Below, in pieces: positions 36,316 through 48,830 of a DNA stretch of 64,000 nucleotides. The DNA is from Octopus vulgaris (lineage: Eukaryota). The stretch covers positions 107,074,001-107,138,000 of the forward strand of contig OX597817.1 in the NCBI GenBank assembly GCA_951406725.2. The letters run 5' to 3'. Below the pieces are notes generated by a model, which had not been told where the DNA came from, made no database searches, and saw only the letters and a program-made list of their open reading frames with translations. A program made the translations under genes and the position numbers. Every line of letters starts with the position of its first letter. Position 1 is the stretch's first letter.

Positions 36316-38559
36316 TAATTCTTTTTTATATATACTGTCAGTAGCCTTAGTCTGAGACATTTTGTCATTGATTCCCCTAAATTCTTCTGCTGTAATCTCT
36401 CTTTCACCTTCTGTCTATAACTGCTTGTCTCCCCTTGAGTTCAGCTGTACTTTTGCTTTTACACATTTTGACTTTCAGTTCTCTTCACAGTCTATTAATG
36501 TCTGTGACCTTGCTAGCAAACATCTCACATAGTGAGAGTATGCCATTACTTGAGTTAGCTGTTCTCTCTTCACTACTTCCTCCCTCCCTCTCTCTCTCCC
36601 CTTTTACCATTTATTAGGTTTTGGCAAGGTTATTGTCCTTTATATAATTTTAAAGAAAATAATGAAAATGAAGAGGGAAAAATATCCTTGATATTCATGT
36701 AGAAGTCTTTTATCTAAATAATTATTTTTAGTTGGTTGCACATGTACCCCGTTAGTTTTTCTGAATATATTATATGTATGATACCTTCATACATCACTAC
36801 TTGCTCTGCTACTATAATCTCATATTTTTGTTTTTGTGAACAGTTCCACATCACTAATTTTCTCACTCCAAGCTGTTTCTGTTTTTCTTTTTTTTTTCCT
36901 TTTGTTTAGTCTAAATCATTGAGCTTTTTAAACACATCTGGTATTGAGGTTATATTAAGCTAAAGGCATTTATCATTGAGTTCTCATTAATTTTTGAAAA
37001 TCCGACTTATTGCCTTGTAACCCTGTTGTAGTAGTACATAAAGTAATTTTCCCCTCTGATAATGTTATATAACAATTTTTGTTTGTTAATGTACAGGCTC
37101 TAATGTATTAGATACAGGCTTTAACATATTAGACAAAAATCTGTATTATTGTGACCTCGTCAATGAAGCATAGATTTGCTTGAACAGGAGCTACATATCT
37201 TAATGTTATAGAGATGAAAGATATGAAAATATTTCACATTTTTATTTTTGTATACACATCTTATTACAATATAAACTAAGAAATATATGTATAGGTTACA
37301 TATATTTATTAGTTCTCAAATAAATAAAAAAATATATTTTAATATATTAACTAATATTAACCTATTATATTTATTAGTTTTCTAATAAATACAAATGTGT
37401 GTGTGTGTGTGTGTGTATTGTTATCCACATTTTATAGGTTAGCCAGCCAGCAAGCACAATATGCTTTAAAGACTTGCAGTTTTGCTGTCTTGCAACTCTA
37501 TTGTATTTATACTGTTGGGTATTAGCTCTGCTAGACATGTGTTGTTTGACACACTCCTTACTTCAGTCTATCTGATAAAAGAAATGTTATAACTCCCACT
37601 GCATGACACAATGGGTAAGTGTCTTCTATTATACCCCTAGGAGCACCAATACCTTGTGAGTGGATTTGGTAGATGGAAACTAAAAGAAGCCCCTGTGTGT
37701 GTGTGTGTGTGTGTGTATATATACACACACGCACACACATACTATATATGTGAGTGTTTGTGTTTGTCCTCCATGTTGATTTGCTTTCATCCCCATAACA
37801 TAGCAGTTTTGCAACTGATAGGATGAGAAAACAAAACACTGGGGTGCCCAACATGGCTGCAGTCCCATGACTGAAACCAGTAAAAGATAACATCTGGAAT
37901 AGAAGAGAAGAGAAGAAAAGCTGCTACTTGAAAAACAACTCTAAATATCTAACATTTATTTAGTAATAATTCCATCATTACCTCAGTAGATATAATGAAG
38001 GCTGTGCTTCATTGATGAGTTTACAATGATACAGAAACCTGTTTGAAATTGTCTCCTGCACTTGCTAAATTATATTTATCTACTTTTTCTTCATTACATA
38101 ATTATTTCCAGTTAGCTTTTTAATCTCTCTGCATTAAATATTTTAAATTAACAATATATGCCTGTCATTGTCTGGATATAAAACAGTAAAAACCTACATT
38201 TAATTCTTTGCATAAACACAAAGGCAGTTCTGTGGGAAGGAAACATTTAACTGGATTAACACCAGTAAACTATTGGTACTTGTCCTCCAGAATGTCTGGT
38301 AAATTAACTCTAGCAGGATTTGGACTTAGAATGAAGAGAGACCCTTATGTTCAGTGTTCTGTCAACTACTCATTTAATATCACTACATTTATTTGAAGTT
38401 TATTTCTTATGAAATGACTGCTAAAAATTTTTTTTTATGTAAAATGATTTTTAGATTAGATAGTATAATCACCTGTCTAAGATAAAAAAGAGAAACAAGC
38501 CTACATCTGGTACTCAAACCATGTATGTATCACTCCCTAATATTTGGAGTTAAACCAAT

Positions 38560-38998
38560 GGTGGTGAGCTGGCAGAATTGTTAGCACACACCAGGCAAAA
38601 TGCTTAATAGCATTTCATCAGTCCTCAGGTTCTGAGTTCAAATTCTGCCAAAGTCGACTATGCTTTTCTTATTTCTTATTTCTTTATTGCCCACAAGGGG
38701 CTAAACATAGAGGGGACAAACACGGACAGACAAAGGGATTAAGTCAATTACATCGACCCCAGTGCGTAACTGCTACTTAATTTATCAACTCTGAAAGGAT
38801 GAAAGGCAAAGTCGACCTCGGTGGAATTTGAACTCAGAATGTAACAGCATTTTGCCAAGTGTGCTAACGTTTCTGCCAGCTCGCCTTTCATACTTTCAAG
38901 GTCAATAAAATCAGTACCAGTTGAGCACTGAGGTTGATGTAATTGACTTACCCCCCTCCCCTGAAACTGCTGACCTGTACCAAAATTTGAAGCCAATA
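38560..38998. mobile_element. Family B SINE (+) with an inverted family B1 SINE (-, ~38668-38886) inserted in its central domain
   Basis: Host head at 38560-38667, then a reverse-complement full copy. The host resumes at tttcatactttcaaggtc. Confidence 0.85.
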
Positions 38999-39284
38999 TT
39001 TGGAGATAAACCTCTCCTGCTCTGCTAAGTAACTGATTATCTCTTAGAGATAAAAATATAACAGTTAAAGGGGCAGGGGAATGTTAAGTACCTAAACTGA
39101 AAGTGAAGGATTGACAGGATGTCTGTTGTGTGGAATCAGTAATGGGGTTGGAGTTGTGTCACTTTTCTCTCTAATTTTTATGATTTATAATATCCATTGT
39201 ATATTATATGGAACTCTGAAAATTCCAAATTTTTATGTTGAAGTGTATTTACTTAACTGATCTAATTTCATTCTTCTTTTTCAG

Positions 39285-39415
39285 GTTTGCGTGTGGAGGA
39301 ATGATAAATGCAGTCTTAATTGGTAAATTTAAACTGGCAATTTTTTTTAAATATCAGTTTGCCAGTCTCTTTCCACATGATTGGAAGAAATAAAGAAAAT
39401 TGTAAATGTTTACAA
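39285..39415 (+). other. COX17: Probable non-coding terminal exon (3' UTR) of COX17
   Basis: Donor G|GTAAGT at 35836. Branch-like acttaac/tctaat, a polypyrimidine tract and cag end at 39284. AATAAA at 39389-39394 is followed by T/GT-rich sequence. The 3' end is approximate. Confidence 0.6.
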
Positions 39416-40595
39416 ATTCATTTTTGTTATGTTTTCATTTCATTTTGGGTTTATGAATTTCCTATGTAAAATTATAAAAAGCCATTTTGTTTAGGGACAT
39501 TAGAATACAGAATCTTCCAAACAGTAAAATTGTCATCTTCATTCATGCTTTATCTCCTGTTTTGTGAAAGAAAAAATAAGTATGCAAAACAGTTGGGCAG
39601 GATTGAAAATTATTTTGCTCTCCACCTTACAAATATTTTTTTAGTTTATTCTTGCTTTCATCCTTATTGGTTTACAAATTTAAAATCATGTCTATTTTGG
39701 AAGCAACATCTAATACTTTGAAATTCCAAGATATGCACAGGTATGACTGTGTGGTATGAAGTTTGTTTCCTAGCTACATGGTTCTGGGTTCAGTTCCACT
39801 GTGTGGCACCTTGGGGATGCTGCCCCATGCCAGCCAAAGCCTTGTAAGTGGAATTTATTGACAAAAACTGAAAGAAACCTGTGTCTGTTTGTGTAGAAAT
39901 GTGTGTGTATGTTTGTGTGTATATGTATGTGTGTTTTCGTCTTGATATCATAATAGTTGTAAACGAATGTCACTGTTACAAAAACAGTGTATCAGTGACA
40001 TAGTCAAAGTTTTGCAAAATATTTTGCTTTCTGTCTTATTTGTTTACAAATTGAAAATCTTGTCTTTGCAAGTAATGTCTTATACCTTGAAATTCAAAGA
40101 TATACATTGTTGTTTAGCTCCAAATTTACCCCAGTTGAGCAAACCTATAATCAGACATCCTGACCAGAACCATCCTAGTTTTTCTTATTTCAGGTTTCAT
40201 TATAGTGTCTCTTTTCCTTAAAGATGATGAGGTGTGATCTAAAGATTTGTCTACAATTCCTGACATGTCAAATGACCAAGTAGCTGTTCCTTTGGCTTGA
40301 GATACATTGCATTTATTTATCAATTACAACTATCTCTCTCCTAATGTGTTCTACATGAATTAAAATTTACACATCCTTTTCCAGCATTTGGTCACCTATC
40401 ACAAATGTGATCTATATTTTTAATTCTTAAGAAAAGCAGTTTTCAAACCTTTCATATGTACTATTGTCTTGTGTGATGTCATTAGCTCAAATTTATTTGC
40501 CAATAGTTAGTAGCAGGTTACCTGCTTCTTAGAGCAGCGAACTACTGTGCCAAACTGGATTTGAATTAACTATCTTATTGAAGATGACTGTATTG

Positions 40596-40924
40596 TTTTA
40601 CTTGTTTCAGTCATTAGACTGTGACCATGCAGGGGCACTGCTTTGAATTGTTTAGTTGAACTAATCAACCCCTGTACTTTCTTTTTAAACCTAGTACTTA
40701 TTCTATTAGTCTCTTTTGCCAAACTGCTAAGTTACGGGGACATAAACATGCTAACATCAGTTGTCAAGCAGCTTCTTTCAGTTTCTGTGTACCAGTTCTG
40801 CTCACAAGATTTGGATTGGCCTGAGGCTATAGTAGAAGACATTTGTCAAAGGTACCACACAGTGGGATTGAACCTGGAACCATGTAGTTGGGAAGCAAAC
40901 TTCTTACAACCAGCCACACCTGCA
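40596..40924 (-). mobile_element. Family A SINE
   Basis: Reverse-complement copy. Others at ~37590-37890 (+), 39736-40000 (+), 42212-42562 (-), 56595-57045 (-) and 60852-61240 (-). Confidence 0.8.
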
Positions 40925-43007
40925 AGGCTAAAATATTTCATGCTAAAGTCAAGCAGTTCTTCACATGAAATCAGCTGTAAAATGTTATTCTTACATTTTC
41001 ACATGACATTATTTAATTATCTCCTTTATCAAGATTATTTTCATGGTTTAAAATAATAGTTGGAGAGCAAATATGGAAGAAATTACTGATTTCAAACCAC
41101 TTGTAGCTGTCTTTCATTCTCCATTCAGTTGACGATCTCCATGCTATAGGTTTGCTCAAAAATGAGGATTGAAACTAGGATTGCTCAATAAGTTGTGATG
41201 CAAACCACTTTCCTTATTGCATTTCAAAAGGTCTCACCAAATTCTGAGCCCAATTCTTTTTCCATGGTTGGTACTTCAAAGAAACATTATTTGTATATTA
41301 GATAAACAACCATGTCAGAGAGGAATATCTGTTAGGCTTGTACAGTAGGTTAGTGCATTAATTGTGAGTTGTATGACTAAAGAAAGTAAGAGGGGACAAG
41401 AAACCTGCAATTTTTGTATCAAATGAGCAGCTATGAGAAAAATAGTACCTGAATCTTTCATGATGAAATTTAAAATGAATCACATATTTAGGCTGAGTGT
41501 AATGAAATCAATCGTTAAGAGTTAAAGAAAAATTGACATATTTAAAGATTAGTAGCAACAGTAGTAGTTGCAGCTTAAGTGGTTATTAACAGCAGTTTCC
41601 TGGATATACATCAGTTCAATTGTATATAGTGATATGTAAGAGAATATACTACTTTGGTTTCAGATAGATTGAATCTATTTTAGTGGATATGTTGAATTAA
41701 AGGAGAATATATTTTTAATATAAATTAATGATTGTGTACGTTTAGGCATTCTCACAATGCTTTGGCTCAATGTTCCCTAGTGGCTATAAAGGAGATAATT
41801 ATTGCTACCACCTAATTAAAGATTTTACTTGTTGCAAAATTGCCTTCCCAGTTAATGAGTGTATTTCTTTTATGTGACCCTAGATTTCAACCAACAAATT
41901 AACTAATGAGAGACCCTCTATATGGTTGCTTGGTCCAAGCAACTAAAATTTTCCTCAGATCACATCCTAATGTCTAAAATAGAAAAAAAAGAACACAAAC
42001 TAATGTTTTCTTAGATATACTATGACTGGAATGTCTTTAATCATAGGTCTGCTTGATAAAAAACTGACCTGGAATTAAACAACAACAATAGCCATTAACC
42101 AATGTCAGAACTATACTACTTAATCACTTGACCTGTTCAATCAAGCAGTCAAACAGCAAGTAAATACCCTATCTTGAAAATAAATACTTACCTCAAGTTC
42201 TACATTTTTTGTATATCTTTTACTTGTTTCAGTCATTTGACTGCACCACCTTGAAAGGTTTTAGACAAACAAATTGACCCCAGGACTTTTTTTTTTAAGC
42301 TGCGTACTTATTCCATTGGATCTCTTTTGCTGATCTGCTAAGTTACGGGGATGTAAACACACCAACACTGTTTGTCAGGCAGTGGTGGGGTACAAACACA
42401 AATGTACACACACACAATTATACAATGGGCTTCTTCCAGTTTCTGTCTACCAAATCTACTCACAAGGCTATAATAGAAGACACCCAAGGTGCCATGCAGT
42501 GGGACTGAACCTGGAACCATTTGGTTGAGAAGCAAGCTTCTATGACACAGCCACACCTGTGCTTATATATTAATGATATAGAATACTTATTTTACCCACT
42601 ATAAATATTCCTGACCAAATTCATGATGGCTGATGGCAAACATACATTTACATATGTTATAAATATTAATCCTCTTTTACCCAGTTGGGAAATAGTGTTT
42701 TGACATTTAAGCACTATTTAGGTCACACTTTTATCAATTATCGTTGTCTTGCCCCTTTAAGATGCATTTCTTTCAGTTCACCTTCAACTGCTTTACATGG
42801 GATATTCTTTAAGTATCTAGGATTTTGCTTTCCAGGTCGTCTTGATCTTTTGATATCGTGCCCTGGTACATTCTAAGTGCATGGCCTAACCATCTAAACT
42901 GTTTTGGTGTTCTAGATCACTGATCATGTGCTATTTTAACCATTTTTGTCCTTATTTGAACCTTTAATGGACAAGGAAATGTGGCAGATTTTTGTCATGC
43001 ACAAATA

Positions 43008-43224
43008 TGATGGGGTGCTGAAAAGTTCCTGGCTTTGGGTAAAAGAAAAGACAGGAGGATCAGTTAAGTATGATTTTATTTAAACATATTCCCCTCTCAG
43101 ATTCACTCACTTATTGTAGAGGTCCTTCAGGTTTTCTAAGCCCTGTAAAAGAACTTAAAGGTTGGGCCTTTAATCAGGCCTTTTGCAATACCCTTAAAGT
43201 TAAGAACTTTTCAGCACCCCCTTG
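43008..43224. mobile_element. Mariner-derived MITE (217 bp)
   Basis: TA|tgatggggtgctgaaaagttc...gaacttttcagcacccccttg|TA. The TIR is related to that of the 551-1792 mariner. Confidence 0.88.
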
Positions 43225-43343
43225 TAAATGAAAGCATTGACCTTACTCATATTTCCTCCTTTTGCCACTTACCAGCATTCTGAAATTTCTTTTTTATGTA
43301 TGTAAGTTCAAATATTAAAACTATGTCTTAGCTGTATCATATA

Positions 43344-44860
43344 TCAACATCATCATCGTTTAATGTCTGCTTTCGATGCTAGCAGACGATTTGACTGAGG
43401 ACTGGTGAACCAGATGGCTGCACCAGGCTCCAATCTGATCTGGCAGAGTTTCTACAGCTGGATGCCCTTCCTAACACCAACCACTCCGAGAGTGTAGTGG
43501 GTGCTTTTACGTGCCATCAGCACGAAGGCCAGTCAGGTGGTATTGGCAACAGCCATGCTCAAATGGTGTTTTTTCATGTGCCAGTAAGGTAATGCTGCTA
43601 ACGATCACACTCGAATGGTGCTTTTTACGTGCCACTGGCATGGAAGTCAGTTAGCTGCTCTGGCAATGATCACGCTCAGATGGTGCTCCACTAGTACGGA
43701 TGCCAGTCATCAAATTTGATTTCAATTTCACTTGCCTCAACAGATCTTCGCAAGCAGAGTTTAGTGTCCAACGAAGGAAAGGTATGCATAAGTGGGTTGG
43801 TTACACCCATGGCATAGGCCACGAGGTTATGGTCTCACTTGGCTTGTTGGGTCTTCTCAGGCACAGCATCTTTGCAAAGGTCTCGGTCACTAGTTATTAC
43901 CTCGGTGAGGCCTAATGTTTGAAGGTTGTGCTTCACCACTTCATCCCAGGTCTTCCTCTTCCACAGGTTCCCTCAACCGCTAGGGTGTGGAACTTTTTCA
44001 CACAGCTATCCTCATCCATTCTTGCCACATGACCATACCAGCACAGTCTATCTTGCACACCACATCTGATGCTTCTTAGGTTCAATTTTTCTCTCAAGGA
44101 ACTTACACTCTGTCAAGTGTGCACACTGACATTACACATCCATCGGAGCATACTGGATTCATTCCTAGTGAGCTTATGCATGTCCTCAGCAGTCACGGCC
44201 CATGTTTCACCGCCATGTAGCATGGCTGTTCGTACACATGCGTCATACAGTCTACCTTTTACTCTGAGCGAGAGGCCCTTTGTCACTGGCAGAGGTAAAA
44301 ACTATCTGAACTTTGCCCAGGCTATTCTTATTCTAGCAGCTACATTTTCAGCGCACTGGAAGCTATCAACTACTTCTAGTTTTTCTCTCTGGAATGTGGC
44401 AGAAGTTGTTCTCTGCACATTTTCAGTGTTTATTGCTCCTGAGCATCTGCCACATACAAAAACTATCTTCCCAGTTAGCCTTCCTTTGATATTGCTGCAC
44501 CTCTTTATGTGTCTATAGCTTACACTGGGTACATCTTATAGAGTTTCTACCTACGCCTTTTCTACAGATTGAGCAGGGTCATCTACCTGAAGGGATTTGT
44601 AGTTGCCCTGCCTTCCTACTTATTAGGACTTTGGTTTAACTAGGTTGACTCTAAGGCCCTTCGATTCTAATCCTTGTTTCCACACCTGAAACTTCTCCTC
44701 TAGTTCTGATAGTGACTCAGCAATTAGAGCAAGGTCGTCAGCATAGAGGAGCTCCCAGGGGCATCCTGTTTTGAATTCCTCTGTTATTGCCTAGAGAACT
44801 ATGATAAATAGGAGGGGGCTGAGGACTGAACCTTGGTGGACCCCTACCTCTACCCGATTT
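43344..44860 (-). mobile_element. 5'-truncated RTE-clade LINE (RT C-terminal half, Cys-rich insert, 3' UTR, (GAT)n tail)
   Basis: The - strand reads GVHQGSVLSPLLF, LLYADDL, GLRVN, WYGHVARMDED and KTWDEVVKH. Same family as 11833-12675. Confidence 0.93.
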
Positions 44861-46519
44861 TCTTGAACTATCTTTAGATTTCATTTAACACCTCTACTTG
44901 AAACAACTTAGTGGATAAGATTGCTGGCTTCATGGGCTATATACTGTACATTGAAATCTTCTGCAGATAATTGTGTATTGTTTAACCCCAGGTTGATCCT
45001 AAATAAGAACCATATTGCATATGAAAGAGATTTGATTGTTATTTCTACCACATAGAAATTGAGTAGGATAATTTTAGCTTGTCTAGATATTAACAATATG
45101 TTTAGAATTTTCTGGAAAGGAGGTCAATAGGAGTGACCACAATTTAAAGCTGGTTTCTAATGAAAACAGAAACAATTGATATCATTTACTGCACTTCTAC
45201 GAGGTGGAGGGTAGTGTTTATTTTTCACTGTGTTCTAAATCTACTCAGTAATTTGTCTGTTAAATTGCATAATTAAAGCCAATTGTTCAGTCTACATCTA
45301 ATTTAATGTTAGTTTGTCAATCAACAGTTTATACTAACAAACTTTTTCCATTACACTTGATTTGTTTTTTAAAAAATATACTTTAGGGAGTTTTGCATAA
45401 TTCTAGATTAATTCTGAGTCAACCTATGACTGAAGACATTCCATCTATGACCACCCTGTCTTTGTTGCAAGGGAGTATGCATTGTATTACCTTAGCTGCC
45501 CCTCAACTACTGGTAGAGTTGTAGAGGTCCTGTTGTGACATCATAGCCTGGTGGAACTCAACCCTTGCCAAGTTTTACAATCAGTTTCTTTAGAGACAAC
45601 AGGAAGAATCAACCCCAGTACTGGGCTGATACTTTTTAAAATCAAGTCTCAAGGATTAAAATGCAAAGTTGACTTAGGCTGGATTTTAACTCAGTGCAGA
45701 GATCAGGAATGAAAACTGCAAAAGAATTGTAATCAAAACTCTAATGAGTCTGCTATTCACCATCTAGGACTACATAAATCAACATGCCTTTTCTTTATTT
45801 AAAATAGTCACATGTAATTTGAAGGACATTGGGTTATTTTTTCTAATCTCAAGTAATATAATTTATGTGGCTCAAGATGAATATGAACTTACAGTCTGAA
45901 AGATTGAAGTATTGAGATAAATCATTTAAATATAATGACAGTCTAACACAACTAAGTTTCCCATAAAACTGGTACAAATTCCACAGCTATACATCTAGGT
46001 GAGCTGAAACAAGACTGATTTTCTTGGATACATAACAAAACACTTGCTACAGTGGTGAAATACAAAGCCATACATATTCTTTTCAAATGATGTGAATAAA
46101 ACAGTAAAATGAAATGGATGCTTGGAATTTCTTGCTTAGTCAGGAGTGAAGTGTAATGCCTATGATTCTTTAAAGTCTAATGAGACTGGTATGTATGTAG
46201 AGAGGAAGATGTTCTTAAACCGGAGATGGCCTGAAGAATTAAAACAGTGGAGTCTACTAGAAGCACCCTAGAACCAGATGGTGGTTGGCAATGGATTGAG
46301 TATGATTCATTAGGCTATGGTGGAGATTTGAACTTAGAATGCAAATAACCAGAGCAATAATGCAAGGTAGCCTGTCCACCACTTCCCATTACTGGTACTT
46401 TATTTTATCAATTGCAGGAGAAATTTGACCTTGACAGGATTAGCAATAGGAATACAAAAAGCTGACATTTTCTCTGATGCTCTAACAATAGCCACTTCAC
46501 AGGTCAGTTGAATTGTGGG

Positions 46520-46990
46520 GTCATGTAGCATGTAGCTGCATTCATCATCTGTTGGTATATTCCTAGATTCTGTCGAGTGACCCATCGAGCAGAGTCCCAT
46601 TCAGTCCATATCTCCACAAGACACCTCTTTATCTGCTGTAATCATGTGGTATGTGGTTGACCAACACAAGCCGTCAGCCCAGCTGGATCATGGCAAGCAG
46701 GGTCTAACTCAGAAAATCAAGCAACATGGCTAAACAGTCAGAGTTGGTGCTCCCAGATCATACAAGTAACAAGATGCAGATGAGTAGTTGATTGGGTATG
46801 AAATCTGACCAATGGTAATCCATAATCCTACGAAGTGTCCTGGAACCAAAGGAGTTCAGATGGCTTTCCTAAGAGCCCTGGACAATGTCCAAATCTCACA
46901 AATTTAGAGCAGGACAGATACTTTAGGACCCAAACCTTTGTCCTCCAGCTCTGATATCAGCATCCTTTTTCAAGGAGTCCACAACTGCAC
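46520..46990 (-). mobile_element. Old RTE-like LINE C-terminal relic
   Basis: The - strand reads EHQL*LFSHVA*F...DPA...GQPHTT*LQQI, matching the QLRLFGHVAR..GRP..TW pattern. Confidence 0.55.
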
Positions 46991-47934
46991 CATCTTATCC
47001 AAGTCTTTATCATAGAATTAAAATAAATTGCAGTATGTTAGCCTGTCTTTATTATTATGTCCATTTAATGTATGCGTCAAGCACAAAGTGCAAATAAAAT
47101 GTTTGTGTGTTTGGTGGCAACACTATCTCAAGCAAGTACTCCAAATGGTTGCATTTAAGGTTGTGAATGGTCGGCAACTGATGAAGGCTGCATTATTTTC
47201 TAGTCTTGGAAGGAAAAAAGCTGGCCTTTTTTCTTCAGGGCCCAAACCTATGTAGTTTTGACAATTTAATAGCTGTATGGTTGCTATGAATAGTCAATAG
47301 GGATTAAAAAGTTAAATATCTGTAAGAGTTTTAACTATATCTTCATAAAGTTACAACACTGCTTATTTGATGTGCAAAATTAATTTTGGTGTTGTTGAAA
47401 AAGAAGAAATGCAGTTAAGCATTTAGTCTAGAATCACCTTATCTCCCTGTTTAATAATATTATAGGTATAAGGCCTGACATTTTAGAAGAGGAGAATAGT
47501 CAATTACATCAACCCCAGTGCTCAACTGGTACTTATTTTATTGACCCTGAAAGGATGAAAGGCAAAGTTGACCTTGGTGGAATTTGAACTCAGAACATAA
47601 AGCTAGAAGAAATGTTACCAAGCATTTAGTCTAGCATGCTAACAATTCTAGGTTGTCATGTCTTTGAAACATATTTTCAAGGTGACTATTCATAGAAACA
47701 ATGCATGCATCCATATTGCACATGGATGATAACTGCATGCAAAAGGTGAACATGCTTCATTAGTGTAATAGTGTTAAGTTAGAAATAAAAGCAACTATGC
47801 CATTAATATGTGAGGAAATTTAAGGAAGGGACATCACCTAATAATGAAGTACATCTGAGTTGTTAGAATATGATTCTGCAGAAATTGTATTAGTGTTTGC
47901 TGAGAAGGGAAAGAGAATGAAAGTGATAAGGGAT

Positions 47935-48830
47935 AATATAATAATAATAAAATTATTGTATACAGTGCTCAGGTGCACCACAACTTGTCAAAAGTGCATA
48001 TAAAGCATATGCAGTAATGTACAAATGTCTGGAAAGTGAACAGTGTATGACTCAGATACATGCTTGCATGTGTATGGAGGGGAGAAAATCAGGTGTAGTG
48101 TTGGCGAATCTCAGGAAGTATGAAAGTTTTGAAGGATGCAGTGCTCCGACAACTAACAACTGATGCCAGCAGTTTGTTCCATACTTCAGCAACTCTTAGC
48201 GTGTAAAAGTGTTTCTGAAAGTCATGGGAGCTGTGCTGTTTTCTGACTTTGTAAACATGTCCACGGGTGTTAGACAGGTGGAGTTTGAAAAGGTGCTCAG
48301 AGTTATTGTTAATAAGATGGTTAATAATTTTATGGGTGTCTGCCAAGTCAGCTGCGAAACATTGGAGTTTCAATGTATCCATGCCCAGGGAAGTAAGGCG
48401 TTCAGAATATGGCAAATGCCTGATGGAGGGTATTCTCTTGGTTGCACATCGCTGAATGGTTTCCAGATGATTAATATCCTGGGCAAGATAGGGGTTCCAG
48501 ACTGGTGATGCAAATTCCAGGTGAGGCTGCACCATAGCTATATAAAGTTATATAGATAGCTGGAGAGCGGCTCACAAAGGACTTAGTAAGTAATGCCAAG
48601 ACACCCTCAGCCTTCTTGGCAATTTTAGCAATGTGTTTTGTCCAACGCAAATCGCTGTCGACAATAATGCCCAGGTCCCGTGCATAAGAAGACTTTTTGA
48701 GATTAGTGTTGTGGAGGGAGTAAGTAGACACTGGGTTTTTCCTCCCAAAATGCATGGTGGTACATTTGTCCACAGTCAGCTTGAGTTGCCAGTCCATGAT
48801 CCATTGCTGCATTGTGGTCATTAATGACAG
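47935..48830 (-). mobile_element. 5'-truncated CR1-clade LINE with (TTA)n tail
   Basis: WQLKLTVDKC..MHFG, RDLGIIVDSDL, VQPHLEFASPVWNP, LETIQRCATK, YSERL, RGH.YK and RVAEVWNKL motifs, with one frameshift. Confidence 0.92.

Noticed and set aside
35786-39370. Selenocysteine readthrough of the COX17 TGA with a SECIS in the 3' exon
   Set aside because: The TGA is at the normal COX17 C-terminus (GFxI*), and the small stem lacks a convincing SECIS core geometry.
44515-44582. APOBEC-like hypermutation (two TGG codons changed to TGA/TAG)
   Set aside because: Two events are too few, and ordinary transition decay explains them.
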